From Pristiophorus japonicus (Eukaryota), in NCBI RefSeq assembly GCF_044704955.1, contig NC_091980.1, positions 130,634,001 through 130,698,000 of the forward strand: a DNA stretch of 64,000 bases, in the 5' to 3' direction. The notes beneath the pieces are model-generated. The model was not told the DNA's origin. It saw only the letters and a list, made by a program, of their open reading frames with translations, and searched no databases. Positions 30,525-62,882 of the stretch are shown in pieces. Each line of letters opens with the position of its first letter. Position 1 is the stretch's first letter. A program made the translations under genes and the position numbers.

Positions 30525-32013
30525 CTCCCTGTGGCCGAGGAGCTCCGTCCGGAGTCACAGTGCGGATTTCGTCCCCTACGGGTAACAACGGACATGATCT
30601 TTGCAGCACGCCAATTGCAGGAAAATGCAGGGAGCAGCGCCAGCCTTTATACATGGCATTTTTCGATCTTATAAAGGCCTTTGAGACCGTCAACTGTGAG
30701 GGCTTCTGGAGCGTCCTACCTCCATTTTGGATAGCCCCAAAAGTTTGTCAACATCCTTCGCCTGCTCCACGTCGACATGCATGCCGTGATCCTTATCAGC
30801 GGATTTGTTACAGACCCATTCCACGTCTGAAGCGGGGTCAAACAGGGCTGCGTCATCGCTCCAACGCTTTGCTCAATCTTCCTCGCTGCCAACTCCACCT
30901 CACTGTCAACAAACTTCCTGCTGGAGTGGAACTAAACTACAGAATCAGTGGGAAGCAGTTTAACCTATGCCCTCTCCAGACCAGGTCCAAGACCACCCAA
31001 ACCTCTGTCGTTGAACTGCAGTATGCGGACGACGCCTGCGTCTGCGCACATTCTGAGGCTGAACTCCAAGATTTAGTCGATGTCGTCACTGAGGCATATG
31101 AAATCATGGGCCTTGCATTTAACATCCATAAGGGAAAGTGCCTCCATCAGCCTGTCTTCGCCGCACAGCATGGCCCCCCGGACATCAAGATTCACGGCGT
31201 GGCTCTCGACAATGTGGACCACTTCCCATACCGCGGGAGCCTCCTGTCAACAAAGGCAGACATCGATGCGGAGATTCAATATCGCCTCCAGTGCGCCAGT
31301 GCAGCCTTCGGCTGCCTGAGGAAAGGAGTGTTCGAAGACCAGGCCCTCAAACCTACCACCAAGCTCACGCTCTACAGGACTGTAGTAATACCCACCCTAC
31401 TGTATGGATCAGAGGCATGGACGACTTACAGAAGGCACATCTAGTCGCTGGAGATATATCACCAAAGATGCCTCCGTAAGATGCTGTAAATTCCCTGGGA
31501 GGACAGATGCACCAACATCAGTGTCCTCGCGCAGGCTAACATCCCCAGCATTGAAGCACTAACCACATGTGATCAGCTTTTCTGGGCAGGCCACTTAGTC
31601 CACATGCCAGACATGAGACTCCCGAAGCAACTGCTCTATGCGGAACTCCTTTATGGCAAACGAGCCAAAGTTAAGCAGCGGAAACGTTACAAGGACACCC
31701 TCAAAACCTCTCTGATGAAGTGCGACAGCACCACTGATGCCTGGGAGACCCTGGCCGAAGACCATCCTAGTTGGAAAAAGTGTATCCGGGAGGGCGTTGA
31801 GCTCTTCGAATCTCAACGCTGCGAGCGTGAAGAGGTCAGGCAGCGGAAGGAACGTGTGGTATATCAGTGACACCCATCCCCTTCCCCCGACGAATATCTG
31901 TCCCATCTGTGACAGGGTCTGTGGCTTTCATGTTGGACTGTTCAGCCACCAACGAACTCACTTTAGGAGTGAAAGCAAGTCTTCCTCGATGTCGAGTGAT
32001 TGTCTATGATGAT
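30525..32013 (+). mobile_element. RTE-clade LINE remnant with 3' end
   Basis: ELQYADD, LLYGSEAWT, C-terminal CPICDRVC...SHQRTH zinc finger, (GAT)n tail. Confidence 0.88.
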
Positions 32014-32047
32014 GGGTTCAGCTGCAGGTATTCCTCGCTCTCAGCTC

Positions 32048-32295
32048 AGAACTGCGCCAATGGTTAACACTCATCTGTGCCTTTTTATCTCTAGAATTGA
32101 CTATTTCAATGCTCTCCTGCTTGCCTTACATGCTCCATAAACTTAAGCTTATCCAAAACTCTGCTGCCCGTATCCTAACACACACCTAGTCCCACTCACC
32201 CATGACCCCTGTGCTTGTGGACCATCATTGGCTCCCGGTCTGACAGCGCCTCAAATTCAAGATTCTTATCCTTGTATTAAAATCCCACCATGGCC
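32048..32295 (+). mobile_element. L2 LINE ORF2 C-terminal fragment (also ~61590-61815)
   Basis: SRIDYFNALL...LIQNSAARILT...PVL..HHWLPV.QRLKFKILILV. Confidence 0.7.
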
Positions 32296-32299
32296 CTTC

Positions 32300-32462
32300 C
32301 CTCACCTCTTTTCCCAGCACATTGATAATATCGGTGCTGTTTCCTGCTCTCACAATAAACTGGAACATTTAATTCACTATGTTCCCAATTTCCACCCTTC
32401 ACTCACCTTCACATGGTCCATTTCTGTCACTTCACTTCCCTTTCTCGACTTCTCTGTCTATC
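32300..32462 (+). mobile_element. Penelope-like element RT fragment (also ~61820-61985)
   Basis: LFSQHIDNIGAVSCS...NFHPSLTFTWSISVTSLPFLDFSV matches the PLE RT RYIDD...FHPSL.FT...LPFLD block. Confidence 0.65.
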
Positions 32463-32609
32463 GTCTCAGTCTATCAGACAAATATCCAATGAGTTGTTTG
32501 GATGTTGCTTCAAACCCGCAGATACCTGCAAATGATCAACCCACTGAACAATCCAGAACTATTAAAAAAACACTGACTCGCAAACAACAGAAGATTCAAT
32601 GAATCTTTC

Positions 32610-32830
32610 AAGGTGGCCATTAACTGGTCCAGACAGAGCACGGTCGATGGGGTGTTCCCTCTGTCTGCCTGCCTCTCTTCTGCGGCTATATCCGCGCCCG
32701 GGTATCCCTGGATTGGGAGCATGCGGTGTCTGCCGGTATGCTTGAGGCTTTCCGTCATCGGAGGGCACCAGAGGGAGGGGAGCGCAGCGTGGATACAGGG
32801 AAATAATGTAAAATTTTAAAAGTTTTTTTG
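32610..32830 (+). mobile_element. Tx1/L1-clade LINE 3' fragment (also ~62133-62350)
   Basis: KVAINWSRQ...CLPLF.GYIRARVSLD.EHAVSAGMLEAFRHR.APEG resembles a Tx1-type ORF2 C-terminus. Confidence 0.5.
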
Positions 32831-33019
32831 TTAGTTTTGTCATAATGTGGGTCTGTAAGTTTATTCCCCCTTATAAAGGGAGCACTTATGGTTTAAGTGT
32901 TTCCGATAGCTGAATTAAACATTCCAATTAATTAGCCCAAAGAATAGAGAATCCAATTAAACCTGTGACTCTGGATATTTGAACTGTGTTTGAGGAAAGT
33001 TAGGACAATTGAGATCCTC

Positions 33020-33271
33020 ATTGAGTTGTCAGCCAATGATGCTCATTCTTCAAAGATCTGACTGGCTCTGGGAGTCCATCTCCCTCCTTCCTTTACTTGA
33101 TTGGTGCTCTGAGAAGATGCAACTTCTGATTGGGTATTGATGACTGTCACTCATCATCAAGAATGCCACAACCTGGATTATCCCTCAGTATAAATATAGG
33201 TGTTTGAGATTGGCAAAATGTTACCTTTGTACTTCGACAAAGTTTTTACTTTGGAAAAATAAAATATTAAG
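33020..33271 (+). promoter_or_regulatory. Proximal promoter and 5' leader of ferritin B2
   Basis: TATAAATA 33189-33196; CCAAT at ~33033 and inverted CCAAT boxes (TGATTGG ~33098, CTGATTGG ~33126). Conserved in B3. Confidence 0.6.
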
Positions 33272-49495
<16,224 letters not shown>

Positions 49496-50084
49496 AGCTT
49501 CTGATCAGTACTTGTGTTTATACAATGTGTGTGAGACTCTGTCCTACATAGAATGGTGGCTTTGTACAGGCTGAGACCTGGGCTCTTGATGTGAAATGTA
49601 ATCAACTGTAAATAAACTGTTCAATATTGAGCTGGGTTTTATCTCCTTGCAAGTTACTGGTTGCTTATTTTCCATTTACCATAACTTGTTTGCAGCACAA
49701 GTATTGCACTTGGTTATGCAACAATCATACATTGGCCTCCTGTGCTGTAACCACTCAGCCTGTTGAGCCTCTGCTGGCTCTCCAAGAGCACTTCAGCTCG
49801 TCCTACTCCCTTGCATTTTCCCTGTAGCCCTGCAATGTTTTTCCTTCATGTACTTGTTCAATCCTATGATTGAAACTAGCTTCACCACCCCCTCGGGCAG
49901 TGCAATCCAGATATTATCCACTCACTGCATAAAAGTTTATCCTCATGTCAGCTGTAGTTCTTCTGCCAATTGTCTTAAAGTTGTGTCTGCTGGTTCTCGT
50001 CCCTGCTGCCAGTGCAAACAGTCCTATAATTTTTCACTTTGCTGGAATAATTTCAATATATTGACATTCCTATTCACAAAAAAC

Positions 50085-52010
50085 ATAAATCGGAGCAGTA
50101 GTAACCCATTTGGTCATGTGAAGCCTGCACCGCCATTCAATATGATCATTACTGATCCTTTACCACCACCATGTTCATGCTTTTACCCCATAGCCCTTGA
50201 TGCCTTTTGTATCAAGATATCTCATATCCTTCTTAAATATATTCAGCAATTGGGCTCCACTGCCTCCTGTAGTCAACAGTTTCCCAGCTTCCCCATCCTG
50301 AGTGAAAACATTTCTCATCTCAGCGCTAAATTTCCTACCCCGTATCCTGAGCCTGTGACCTTTTGTTCTCAACTTCCCAGCCAGGGGGTACTTCCTCCCC
50401 ACATCCAGTCTCCAAACCAGTCTGAATTTTATGATTCATTCAGATCCCCTTTCACTCTTCTGGTGAATACAGGCCTGGTCAACCCATTCTCACTTCACAC
50501 GACAATCTTTCCATCCAAGGAATCAGTCTGGTGGAACTTTGCTGCGCTCTTTCTTGGTTAAGGAGACCCAAAACTGTGCACAATACACCAGGTGTCATTT
50601 CACCAAGGCTGTGTATAATTGTAAGACATCCTTGCTCCTGTACAGTTGGAAAAAAAATTGTAAATATTACATTTGGTTTCTTCCTCCTCCAAATCTATTT
50701 ATATACGTGACTAGCTGGGGCCAAAGCACTGGTTCCTGTGGTATCCCACTCGTCACTGCCCACCACCCAGGAAAAGACCTGTTTATTCTGACTGTTTTCT
50801 ATCAATTAACCAATTTTCAATCCATGGCAGTATATTGCCCCCAATCCTATGTGCTTTAATTTTGCTCACTAACCTCTTGTGGGACTTTATCAAAGGCCTT
50901 CTGACAATCCAAATACACTGCATCCACTCGTTCTAATCTCAGTTACATCCTCAAAAAAAAACTCCAGTAGGTTTGTCAAACAATATTTTCGTTCCATAAA
51001 TCCATATTGACTTTGTCTAATCGTGTTATTTTCTAAGTGTCCCTTTATCACATTCTACTAATGTTAGGCTAACCGGGCTGCAGTTATCTGTTTTCTTTCT
51101 CCTTCCTTTTTAAAATAGTGGGGTTACATTTGTCACACTCCATTCTGCGGCAACAGTACCATAATCTGCAGAAATTTGGAAAATGATAACCAATGCATCC
51201 ACTATTTCCATGGCTACACTTTTAGTCCTCTGGGATGCAGATTATCAGGCCCTGGGGATTTATCAGCTTTCAGTCCCATTAGTTTCTCCAGCAGTATTTT
51301 CTGACAATCATTCCCTTCAATTTCTCTTGCTCACTAGACCCTTAGTTCCCAAGCATTTCTGTGATGTTATTTGTGTCCTCTTTGAAGACAGAACCAAAGT
51401 ATCTAATTGTTCTGCCATTTCCTTGTTCCCCATAATTTATCCCATTTGTGACTGAAAAGGACCTACATTTGTCTCAACATTTTCTTTTTACATACTGGGA
51501 GAAACTTTTACAGTTGGTTTTTATGATCCTTACAAGTTTAGTCTCATACTATTTTCCCCCTCTTAAACAATCTCTTGGTCCTTTTTTGCTGAATACTAAA
51601 CTGCTCCCAATCCTCAGGATTGCTACTTGTTCTGGCAACTTTGTATGACTCCTCTTTGGATCTAATACTATCCTTAATTTCTTGTGTAAACCATGGTTGG
51701 GCCACTTCTTTTTGTGTTTTTGCAGCAGAAAGAAATGTATAATTGTTGCAATTCATGCATTCGTTCCTTAAATGTTAGCCATTGACTATCCACCAACATG
51801 CCTTTTAATGAATCTTCCCAATCTATCATAGCCATTCCTCATAACTTTGTAGTTTCCTTTGTTTAGATTTAGGACCTAGTTTTGGATTGGACAACTTCAT
51901 TTTCAATCTTCATGAATAATGCAATCATATAATTCTTCCCTAAAGGGACCCGCACAAAAAAACTATTAATTAACCCCTTCACATTGTACAATACCCAAGC
52001 TACGATAGCT
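50085..52010 (-). mobile_element. Mosaic of decayed CR1 fragments, unit 2 copy
   Basis: Paralog of 18470-20410. Confidence 0.75.
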
Positions 52011-52050
52011 ATTCAGACATGTTGGAGACCTAATTTCACTTGCATGTATA

Positions 52051-52253
52051 TGTAATGACTCAAAAATCTGGTTACTGTAAACTCACTCAGGTGCAACATT
52101 ATCTATCTTTATTCCAGCCCGAGTGCCAGTGTGACAAAGACACCCAGCTTTTGCACAGGTGATCAAGCGCACATGCCACGTGGAAACAGCCCGATGATCT
52201 CTGACCGCGGCGCCCTCTGGTGTCGTGTGACTCCCAAGCATTAATACATAAGA
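52051..52253 (-). mobile_element. Short Gypsy-type solo LTR, unit 2 copy
   Basis: Paralog of 20453-20657; TSD GTATA/GTCTA. Confidence 0.62.
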
Positions 52254-52574
52254 GTCTATCTTGCAAATTCTATTCATGCATTTCAATCTAGCATTGCAAT
52301 GCTGTAATACAACAATTGAAAATGTCCATGTTTGTTCAACCACAGGTACATTTTAGTGTCTCAAAGAAGGCAGAGAGGTTTACATAACATGCTTATGCCA
52401 TTTGGCAACTCGAGCCTGTTCCGCCATTCAGTAAAATCATGACTGGGCTGATCTTGGTCTCAACACTTTCCTGCCTGTTCCCCATAACCCTTGACTCCGC
52501 TATTGTTCTAAAAATCTATCTATCTCCACCTTAAATGTATTCAATGACCCTGCCTCCACACACGCACGCACACG

Positions 52575-52740
52575 CACAACTGAGTGAGTGTCGCACTGTC
52601 GGAGGGGCAGTACTGAGGGGAGGCAGTACTGAGGGAGCGCCGCACTGTCAGAGGGACAATACTCACAGGATTCTGCACTATCGGAGGAGCAGCACTAAGG
52701 GATTGCCACACTGTCTGAAGGGCAGTACTGAGGGATTGTT
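52575..52740. repeat. Contracted copy of the 33-bp minisatellite
   Basis: CAGTACTGAGGGA...CACTGTC units, fewer than in unit 1. Confidence 0.7.
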
Positions 52741-52994
52741 GTACAGACTCATGTTCGATTCAGGTGGGTCAACTGTGCTCATTGGTGGCATCTCCCCCGA
52801 AAGGATAGTGCCTGCGGTGTGATTGGTGGCTCTGGATCTGAATCACTGCCGCACTCTCTGCCCCATCTAAAGCAGAGTTTTAATCCAAGGGAACACCTCT
52901 CATCAGCTCATCCAGGACTGAACCACTTCTGCACTGAAATCAGACGTCACGGCTTTGGATCTCTGGGATACACCAGCATGAAAGGTCAATGACC

Positions 52995-53805
52995 AGAGGG
53001 GAGAGATGATGACGATTATTTTTACGCAGCGAGTTGTTGTGATCCGGAACGCACTGCCTGAAAGGGCGGTGGAATCAGATTCAACAGTAACTTTGAAGAG
53101 GGAATTGCATATATACTTGACAAAAGTTGCAGGGCTATGGGGAAGGAGCTGAGGAGTGGGACGAATTGGATCGCTCTTACAAAGTGCCTGCACAGGCACG
53201 ATGGGCCGAATGGCCTCTTTCTGTGCTGGTAGGATCTATGATGAGCCAGACAGTTAGAGCATATCTGAGCCTCATCATTTCAATCAGATTTAAATATTCA
53301 TCATTTCAATCAGATTTAAATATTCTTTCGAGTCATTGAATACCGACTGTAAAAGGACTCGTCTAACACATCAAATTGAGGGGCAGGAAAAGGCGAGCTG
53401 GTCCATCAAGCCTGCCCCAAAACATGCCGGAGCAAATCATAGAATGATAGAATGGTTACAGCATAGAGGGAGGCCATTCGGCCCGTCGAGCCCGTGCCTG
53501 CTCTCTTCAAGAGCATTTCAGCTAGTCCCACTCCCCCGCCCTTCCCCCGCAACCCTGTTATTAATTTTTCCTTCAGGTACTGATCCAATTCCTTTATGAA
53601 AGCCACGATTGAGTCAACCTCCACCACCCTCTCGGGCATTGCATTCCAGATCCCAACCACTCGCTGCGTAAACATGTCACCTTTGTTCTTTTGCCAGTCA
53701 CTTTAAATCTGTGTCCTCTGGTTCTCGACCCTTCCGCCAATGGGAACAGTTCCTGTCTATCGACTCTGTCCAGACACCTCATGATTTTGAATCCCTCTAT
53801 CAAAT
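52995..53805. mobile_element. Two CR1 3' ends (+ 52995-53240; - 53436-53805)
   Basis: Paralogs of 21470-21720 and 21913-22283. Confidence 0.75.
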
Positions 53806-54439
53806 GGAGATGTAGGTGACGATGTGTTCAGTAATGTTCACTCCCTCTCATTCTCACTCAATATAATGAATTTTACCAGGCATCATTCCATGAGAATAAA
53901 AATGACAGATCGTTGATGCCCCCATATAGCCAATCCTCAGACACATGCCCATTCTCTATATTCGAACTGGGGGCAGTTCACACCATCCACAGGATGGAAT
54001 TCCCATTCCACTGGCCAATGCTTGGTTTGTAAATGCATCAAGACGACTTGATTGCTTTGAATATTGTCTCAGTGCCACAGAAACTTGCAAGTAACAAACT
54101 TCGCCAGATTATGAAAAACCCCTTTGGCGAAAGTAGAAAATTATCATTTCATTCAAGTGAGCGCGTGAAACAACGGCACACTTTCAGATTTGAAGACGTT
54201 CAAGGAACCCAAAGGCACTGACATCACCAAGACTGATCTCCCCCAGCCCCCTCCCCTTTGTTAATTGGTGCCTCAATTCAGATAAGATTCCTGATTGGCT
54301 CTGAGGGATTGTCAATCATCATTGGTGATGTCATACCCTGTTTGAATGCAGCTGTTCCAATAGTATAAATACAGGAGCTTGTGCAAGACAGAGTGAGTTC
54401 CAGAACTGTGCAGAGGATAGTGAAATATAGATAGTGAAG

Positions 54440-57078
<2,639 letters not shown>

Positions 57079-58302
57079 AGGCTTGTGACTTTGTACAAAG
57101 AGCTGAAACCTACAATTGTAAATAAACTGCTCAACATTGGGCTGTGTTTTGTTACCTTGTAAGTTTGAGTGGTGACTTATTTTTCATTTAACATAACTTG
57201 GTCTCCATAGAACAAGGATTACACTGAGCTGTGCAACTGAGTTATATGGAATTCAGTCCTATGAAATGTGTTTTTCTCTCATGTAATGTCTATGTATTGA
57301 CTGAGACATTTAGGCACCTGTTATAAAATCAAACAATGTTCAATGGTGTGTTTGGATAACTGGCAGCCCCATGGGATATTGGCCCAGTGACCAAAAGCCT
57401 GGTCAAAGGTATGTAATAAGGAGGTACAGAGATGTTTAGGGAGGCTTCTCTAAATCTTGGGACTGAGAAGCTGTATACAATTACCTGCTCCAACTATCTG
57501 TCTTTGTACAAATGACAATTCAATCCAACAAGAAGTAACATCTGTTAAACACAGGCCAATTTGCCATTAATTCATTGTTGCACTATTTCAGTCCAGTGAA
57601 GAAAAAGTCCTGGATTTGCTTCCTATTTAGTGTATCTGCCTCGTGAACAGCAGTTTGTATTCAATAGCTGCAACAGATCCTGTTCAGTTATCCAGGTAGT
57701 TTAGTAGTGGGACTGACCACTGCTGCTATAGGCTTGCTGTTAAGCTTTGTAGGCAGTAAGCAATGTCTCAGCACACTGAACTCTGGGTACTACAATTGGG
57801 CGAAGAGGGAAAGCAACAGGTGGCATTAGCTTGCTGTCACAGCTTCATTGATTGGTGTGGATACCCTCGTGATTCTGGGACAGCTTCTCTACTGCCTGCT
57901 CCCATCATGGTTGAATAACTTGCCAACACAACCTCCATTCACATGAATAAGGAATTGGGTAAGGTATTGGAAGACTAACGATACTCCAACAAAATTTAAT
58001 AGTTGGGGAAGGAGTAAATGTATTTAATTCCACAAAGCAAAAGGCACAAGATGTTAAACCCATTTCTCCCATGCCCTGGCCATAATGCCTAAGCACTCAA
58101 TTTATAAGCCTACTATCAACTTTTTTTTTTTAGTACCTTTGTGAATTTCATTACAATCACCCTGGATTAGATCTCCATTTCTCTCCTTCGTGGCTATAAA
58201 TGGATTCAAATGGTATTGCTGTGGCTCCAATAATCCAGTGTTTACAAGTTATTTTTAGGAATTTAGTTGAGAACTGTGTTGAGTGCAATTAAATTGCCAA
58301 GT

Positions 58303-59353
58303 ACCACGAAGGAGGGTGTCCTCAGTGTGAAGACAAGACTTTGTCTCCACAAGGACTGTGTGGTGGTCACTGCTACCAATGCTGTCATGGACAGATGAAT
58401 CTGTGACAGGTCGATTGCTGAGGACAAGATCAGTAGGTTTTTCCCTTGTGTTGATTCTCTCACCATCTATCAGAAGCCCAATCTGGATGTTATGTCCTTC
58501 AGGACTCAGCCCGCTTGCTCATTGCTGCCGAGCCCCTCTTGGTAATGGACATTGAAGTCTATTGCTAATATCAGTGCTTCTTCCAAGTGGCCTTCAACAC
58601 GGAGGAGTACTGATTCATCAGCTGAGGGAGGGCGGTAGGTGTAAATCAGCAGGAGGTTTCCATTCCCAAGCTTGACCTGAACCCATGAGACTTGATAGGG
58701 TCCAGAGTAAATGTTCAGGACTCCTACCGCTGCTCCCTCCCGACTATATACCACTGGGCCGCCACCTCTGGTGGGTCTGCCCTTCTGGTGGGACAGGACA
58801 TACGCAGGGATGGTGAAGGAGGAATCTGGGACATTCGCTGAAAGGTATGATTCTGTGCTTATGACTATGTCGGGCTGTTGCTTGGCTAACCTGTAGGACA
58901 GCTCTCCCCATTTAGGCACAAGATACCAGATATTAGTGAGGAGGACTTTGCAGGGTCGACTGGGCTGGGTGTACCCATTGTCATGTCAGAAGCCGGTGCC
59001 GAGGTCAATGCCGGGTTGTCCATCCTGTTTTATTCTAATTATTGTTTCTCGCAGCGGTTTTTACAACTGATTGGCTTGCTTGGCCATTTCAGAGGGCAGT
59101 TACGACTCAACCACATTGCTTTGGGTTTGGAGTCATATCGGCCAGATTTCCTTCCCGAAGGACATTATTGAAGCAGATGGGTTTCTATGACAATCCGATA
59201 GCTCCCTGGGCAAATTTACTGATACGAGCTTTTTATTCCAGATTTTAATTTAATTAACTGAATTTCAATTCCCCAGCTGCCTTGGTGGGGCTTTGGATCA
59301 TTAGTCCAGGCCTCTGAATTACTCGTCCAGTAACATAACCACGATGTTACCGT
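58303..59353 (-). mobile_element. 5' half of the CR1-group-like LINE, unit 3 copy (RT half deleted)
   Basis: ORF 58506-58919 PKWGELSYRLAKQQPDIVISTESYL...RGGG...TYRPPS is an APE endonuclease. Confidence 0.8.
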
Positions 59354-60047
59354 ATTCTTTGCATCTCTCAATGGCACTTTTGGTGTTTCGATGTCACCAC
59401 AACTCGTACGTTGATGAGACACAATTCTACAAGTCATGTTGGGTTTTGCGTGCTGATGGGTTTGACGGCTTCATGTTTCAGACAAAACAAATTCTTCAGC
59501 TCACTCGATGTGAAAAACTTCACAGATGCCCTTGTTTTAAGAATTACATAGAATTTACAGCACAGAAAAAGGCCATTCAGCCTAGCAAATTGCAGTGGTG
59601 AGCGGTTCTTCTTGAACGTAAAACACATCAATGATGAGGTGAGGAACCGAATGAGAAAAGATCGATTTAATAGTCTTTCAATCATGAGCATGGAGAGCGA
59701 AGTACTGAGAGGACTTGACTTCACACATTGAGCCTCATCCCAACATCATTTAACCCTATCAGCATATCCTTCCAATCCTTCCTCCCGCAGGTGTTCATCT
59801 AGCTTCTCCTTAAACGCGTCTATGCTTTTTGTCTCAACTATTCCTATTGATAGCGAGTTAAACATTCTAAACACTCTCTGAGTAAAGAAGTTTCTTTTGA
59901 AGTCTCTCTTAGATTTTTAATTGTAACTTTCTGTATAACTCTATGGAAATCAGAACTTTGCACCATATACCAAGTGTTGTCTAGCCAAGGTGCTAAATAA
60001 ACTTACCATGCTGCACAGGGATGTGGTTCAGTTCACCTCAACCATGT

Positions 60048-61536
60048 TCTCCCTGTGGCCGAGGAGCTCCTCCCAGAGTCACAGTGCGTATTTCGTCCCC
60101 TACGGGTAACAACGGACATGATCTTTGCAGCACGCCAATTGCAGGAAAAATACAGGGAGCAGCGCCAACCCTTATACATGGCATTTTTCGATCTTATAAA
60201 GACCTTTGAGACTGTCGACCGTGAGGGTTTATGGAGCGTCCTCCCTCCATTTTGGATATCCCCAAAAGTTTGTCAACATCCTTCGCCTGCTCCACGTCGA
60301 CATGCATGCCGTGATCCTTATCAGTGGATTTGTTACAGACTCATTCCACATCCGAAGCGGGGTCAAACAGGGTTGCGTCATCGCTCCAAAGCTCTTCTCA
60401 ATCTTCCTCGCTGCCAACTCCACCTCACTGTCAACAAGCTTCCTGCTGGAGTGGAAATAATATACAGAATCAGTGGGAAGCAGTTTAACCTATGCCCTCT
60501 CCAGACCTGGTCCAAGACCACCCAAACCTATGTCGTTGAACTGCACTATGCGGACGACACCTGCGTCTGCGCACATTCTGAGGCTGAACTCCAGGATATC
60601 GTCGCTGTAGTCACTGTGGCATATGAAATCATCGGCCTTACACTTAACATCCAAAAGGGAAAGGTCCTCCACCAGCCTGTCTTCGCCGCACAGCACGGCC
60701 CCCAGACATCAAAATTCACGGCGTGGCCCTCGACAATGTGGACCACTTCCCATACCGCGGGTGCCTCCTGTCAACAAAGGCAGACATTGATGCGGAGATT
60801 CAATATCGCCTCCAGTGCGCCAGTGCAGCCTTTGGCTGCCTGAGGAAAGGAGTGTTCGAAGACCAGGCCCTCAAACCTACCACCAAGCTCACGCTCTATA
60901 GGGCTGTAGTAATACCACCCTACTGTATGGATCAGAGGCATGGACAACTTACAGAAGGCACATCCAGTTGCTGGAGCTATATCACCAAAGATGCCTCCGT
61001 AAGATCCTGCAAATTCCCTGTGAGGACAGACACACCGACATCAGTGTCCTAACGCTGGCAAACGTCCCCATCATTGAAGCACGAACCACATGCAATCAGC
61101 TTTGCTGGGCAGGCCATTTCGTCCACATGCCAGACATGAGACTCTCTAAGCAACTGCTCTATGCGGAACTCCTTTATGGCAAACGAGCCAAAGTTGAGCA
61201 GCGGAAACGTGACAAGGACACCCTCAAAACCTCTCTGATGAAGTGCGACAGCACCACTGACGCCTGGGAGACCCTGGCCGAAGACCATCCTCATTGGAAA
61301 AAGTGTATCCGGGAGGGCGTTGAGCTCTTCGAATCTCAATGCTGCGAGCGTGTAGAGGTCAGGCAGCGGAAGGAACGTGTGGTATATCAGTGCCACCCAC
61401 CCCCTTCCCCCGACGAATATCTGTCCCATTTGTGACAGGGTCTGTGGCTTTCATGTTGGACTGTTCAGCCACCAAAGAACTCACTTTAGGAGAGAAAGCA
61501 AGTCTTCCTCGATGCCGAGTGACTGCCTATGATGAT
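60048..61536 (+). mobile_element. RTE-clade LINE remnant, unit 3 copy
   Basis: AEELLPESQCVFRP, ELHYADD, MPDMRLSKQLLY, (GAT)n tail. Confidence 0.88.
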
Positions 61537-62529
61537 GGGTTCAGCTGCAGGTATTCCTCGCTCTGAGCTCAGATCTGCGCCAATGGTTAACACTCATCTG
61601 TGCCTTTTTAATCTCTAGAATTGACTATTTCAATGCTCTCCTGCTAGTCTTACATGCTCCATAAACTTAAGCTTATCCAAAACTCTGCTGCCCGTATTCT
61701 AACACACACCTAGTCCCACTCGCCCATAACCCCTGTGCTTGTGGACCATTATTGGCTCCCGGTCTGACAGCGCCTCAAATTCAAGATTCTTATCCTTGTA
61801 TTAAATCCCACCATAGCCCTTCCCTCACCTCTTTTCCCAGCACATTGATAATATCGGTGCTGTTTCCTGCTCTCACAATAAACTGGAACATTTAATTCAC
61901 TATGTTCCCAATTTCCACCCTTCACTCACCTTCACATGGTCCATTTCTGTCACTTCACTTCCCTTTCTCGACTTCTCTGTCTATCGCCTCAGTCTATCAG
62001 ACAAATATCCAATGAGTTGTTTGGATGTTGCTTCAAACCCGCAGATACCTGCAAATGACCAACCTACTGAACAATCCAGAACTCTTAAAAAGACACTGAA
62101 TCGCAAACAACAGAGGATTCAATGAACCTTTCAAGGTGGCCATTAACTGGTCCAGGCAGAGCACGGTCGATAGGGTGTTCTCTCTGTCTGCCTGCCTTTG
62201 TTCAGCGGCTATATCCGTGCCCGGGTATCCCTGGATTGGGAGCACGTGGTGTCTGCCGGTATGCTTGAGGCTTTCCGTCATCGGAGGGCACCAGAGAGAG
62301 GGGAGCGCAGCGTGGATACAAGGAAATATTGTAAATTTTTAAAGTTTTTATGTTAGTTTTGTCATAATGTGGATCTGACAGTTTATTCCCCCTTATAAAG
62401 GGAGCACTTATGGTTTAAGTGTTTCCGATAGCTGAATTAAAATGCCCAAAGAATAGAGAATCCAATTAAACCTGTGACTCTGGATATTTGAACTGTGTTT
62501 GAGGAAAGTTCGGACAATTGAGATCCTCA

Positions 62530-62780
62530 TTGAGATGTCAGCCAATGATGCTCATTCTTCAAAGATGTGATTGGCTCTGGGAGTCCATCTCCCTCCTCCC
62601 TTTACTTGATTGGTGCTCTGAGAAGATGCAACTTCTGATTGGGTATTGATGACTGTCACTCATCATCAAGAGTGCCACACCCAGGATTATCCCTCAGTAT
62701 AAATATTGGAGTTTGATATTAGTGAAATGTTATCTTTGTACTTCTAAAAAGTTTTTACTTTGGAAAAATAAAATATTAAG
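62530..62780 (+). promoter_or_regulatory. Proximal promoter and 5' leader of ferritin B3
   Basis: TATAAATA 62698-62705; several CCAAT/ATTGG boxes. Confidence 0.6.
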
Positions 62781-62882
62781 ATGGCTTCTCAAGTGTGTCA
62801 GAATTACCACAAGGACTGTGAGGATGCTGTCAACAAGCAGATCAACATGGAGCTCCATTCCTCCTATGTTTATCTCTCTATG
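62781..62882 (+). CDS. FTH1-like: Ferritin gene B3 exon 1 (gene continues past the window)
   Basis: [34 protein letters not shown] followed by the GTGAGT donor. Confidence 0.92.

Noticed and set aside
30497-31444. 315-aa ORF as a host gene or active RT
   Set aside because: A chimeric reading across frameshifts of a truncated RTE LINE.
49848-50561. 237-aa + strand ORF
   Set aside because: Antisense to decayed CR1 fragments and broken in the unit 1 paralog.
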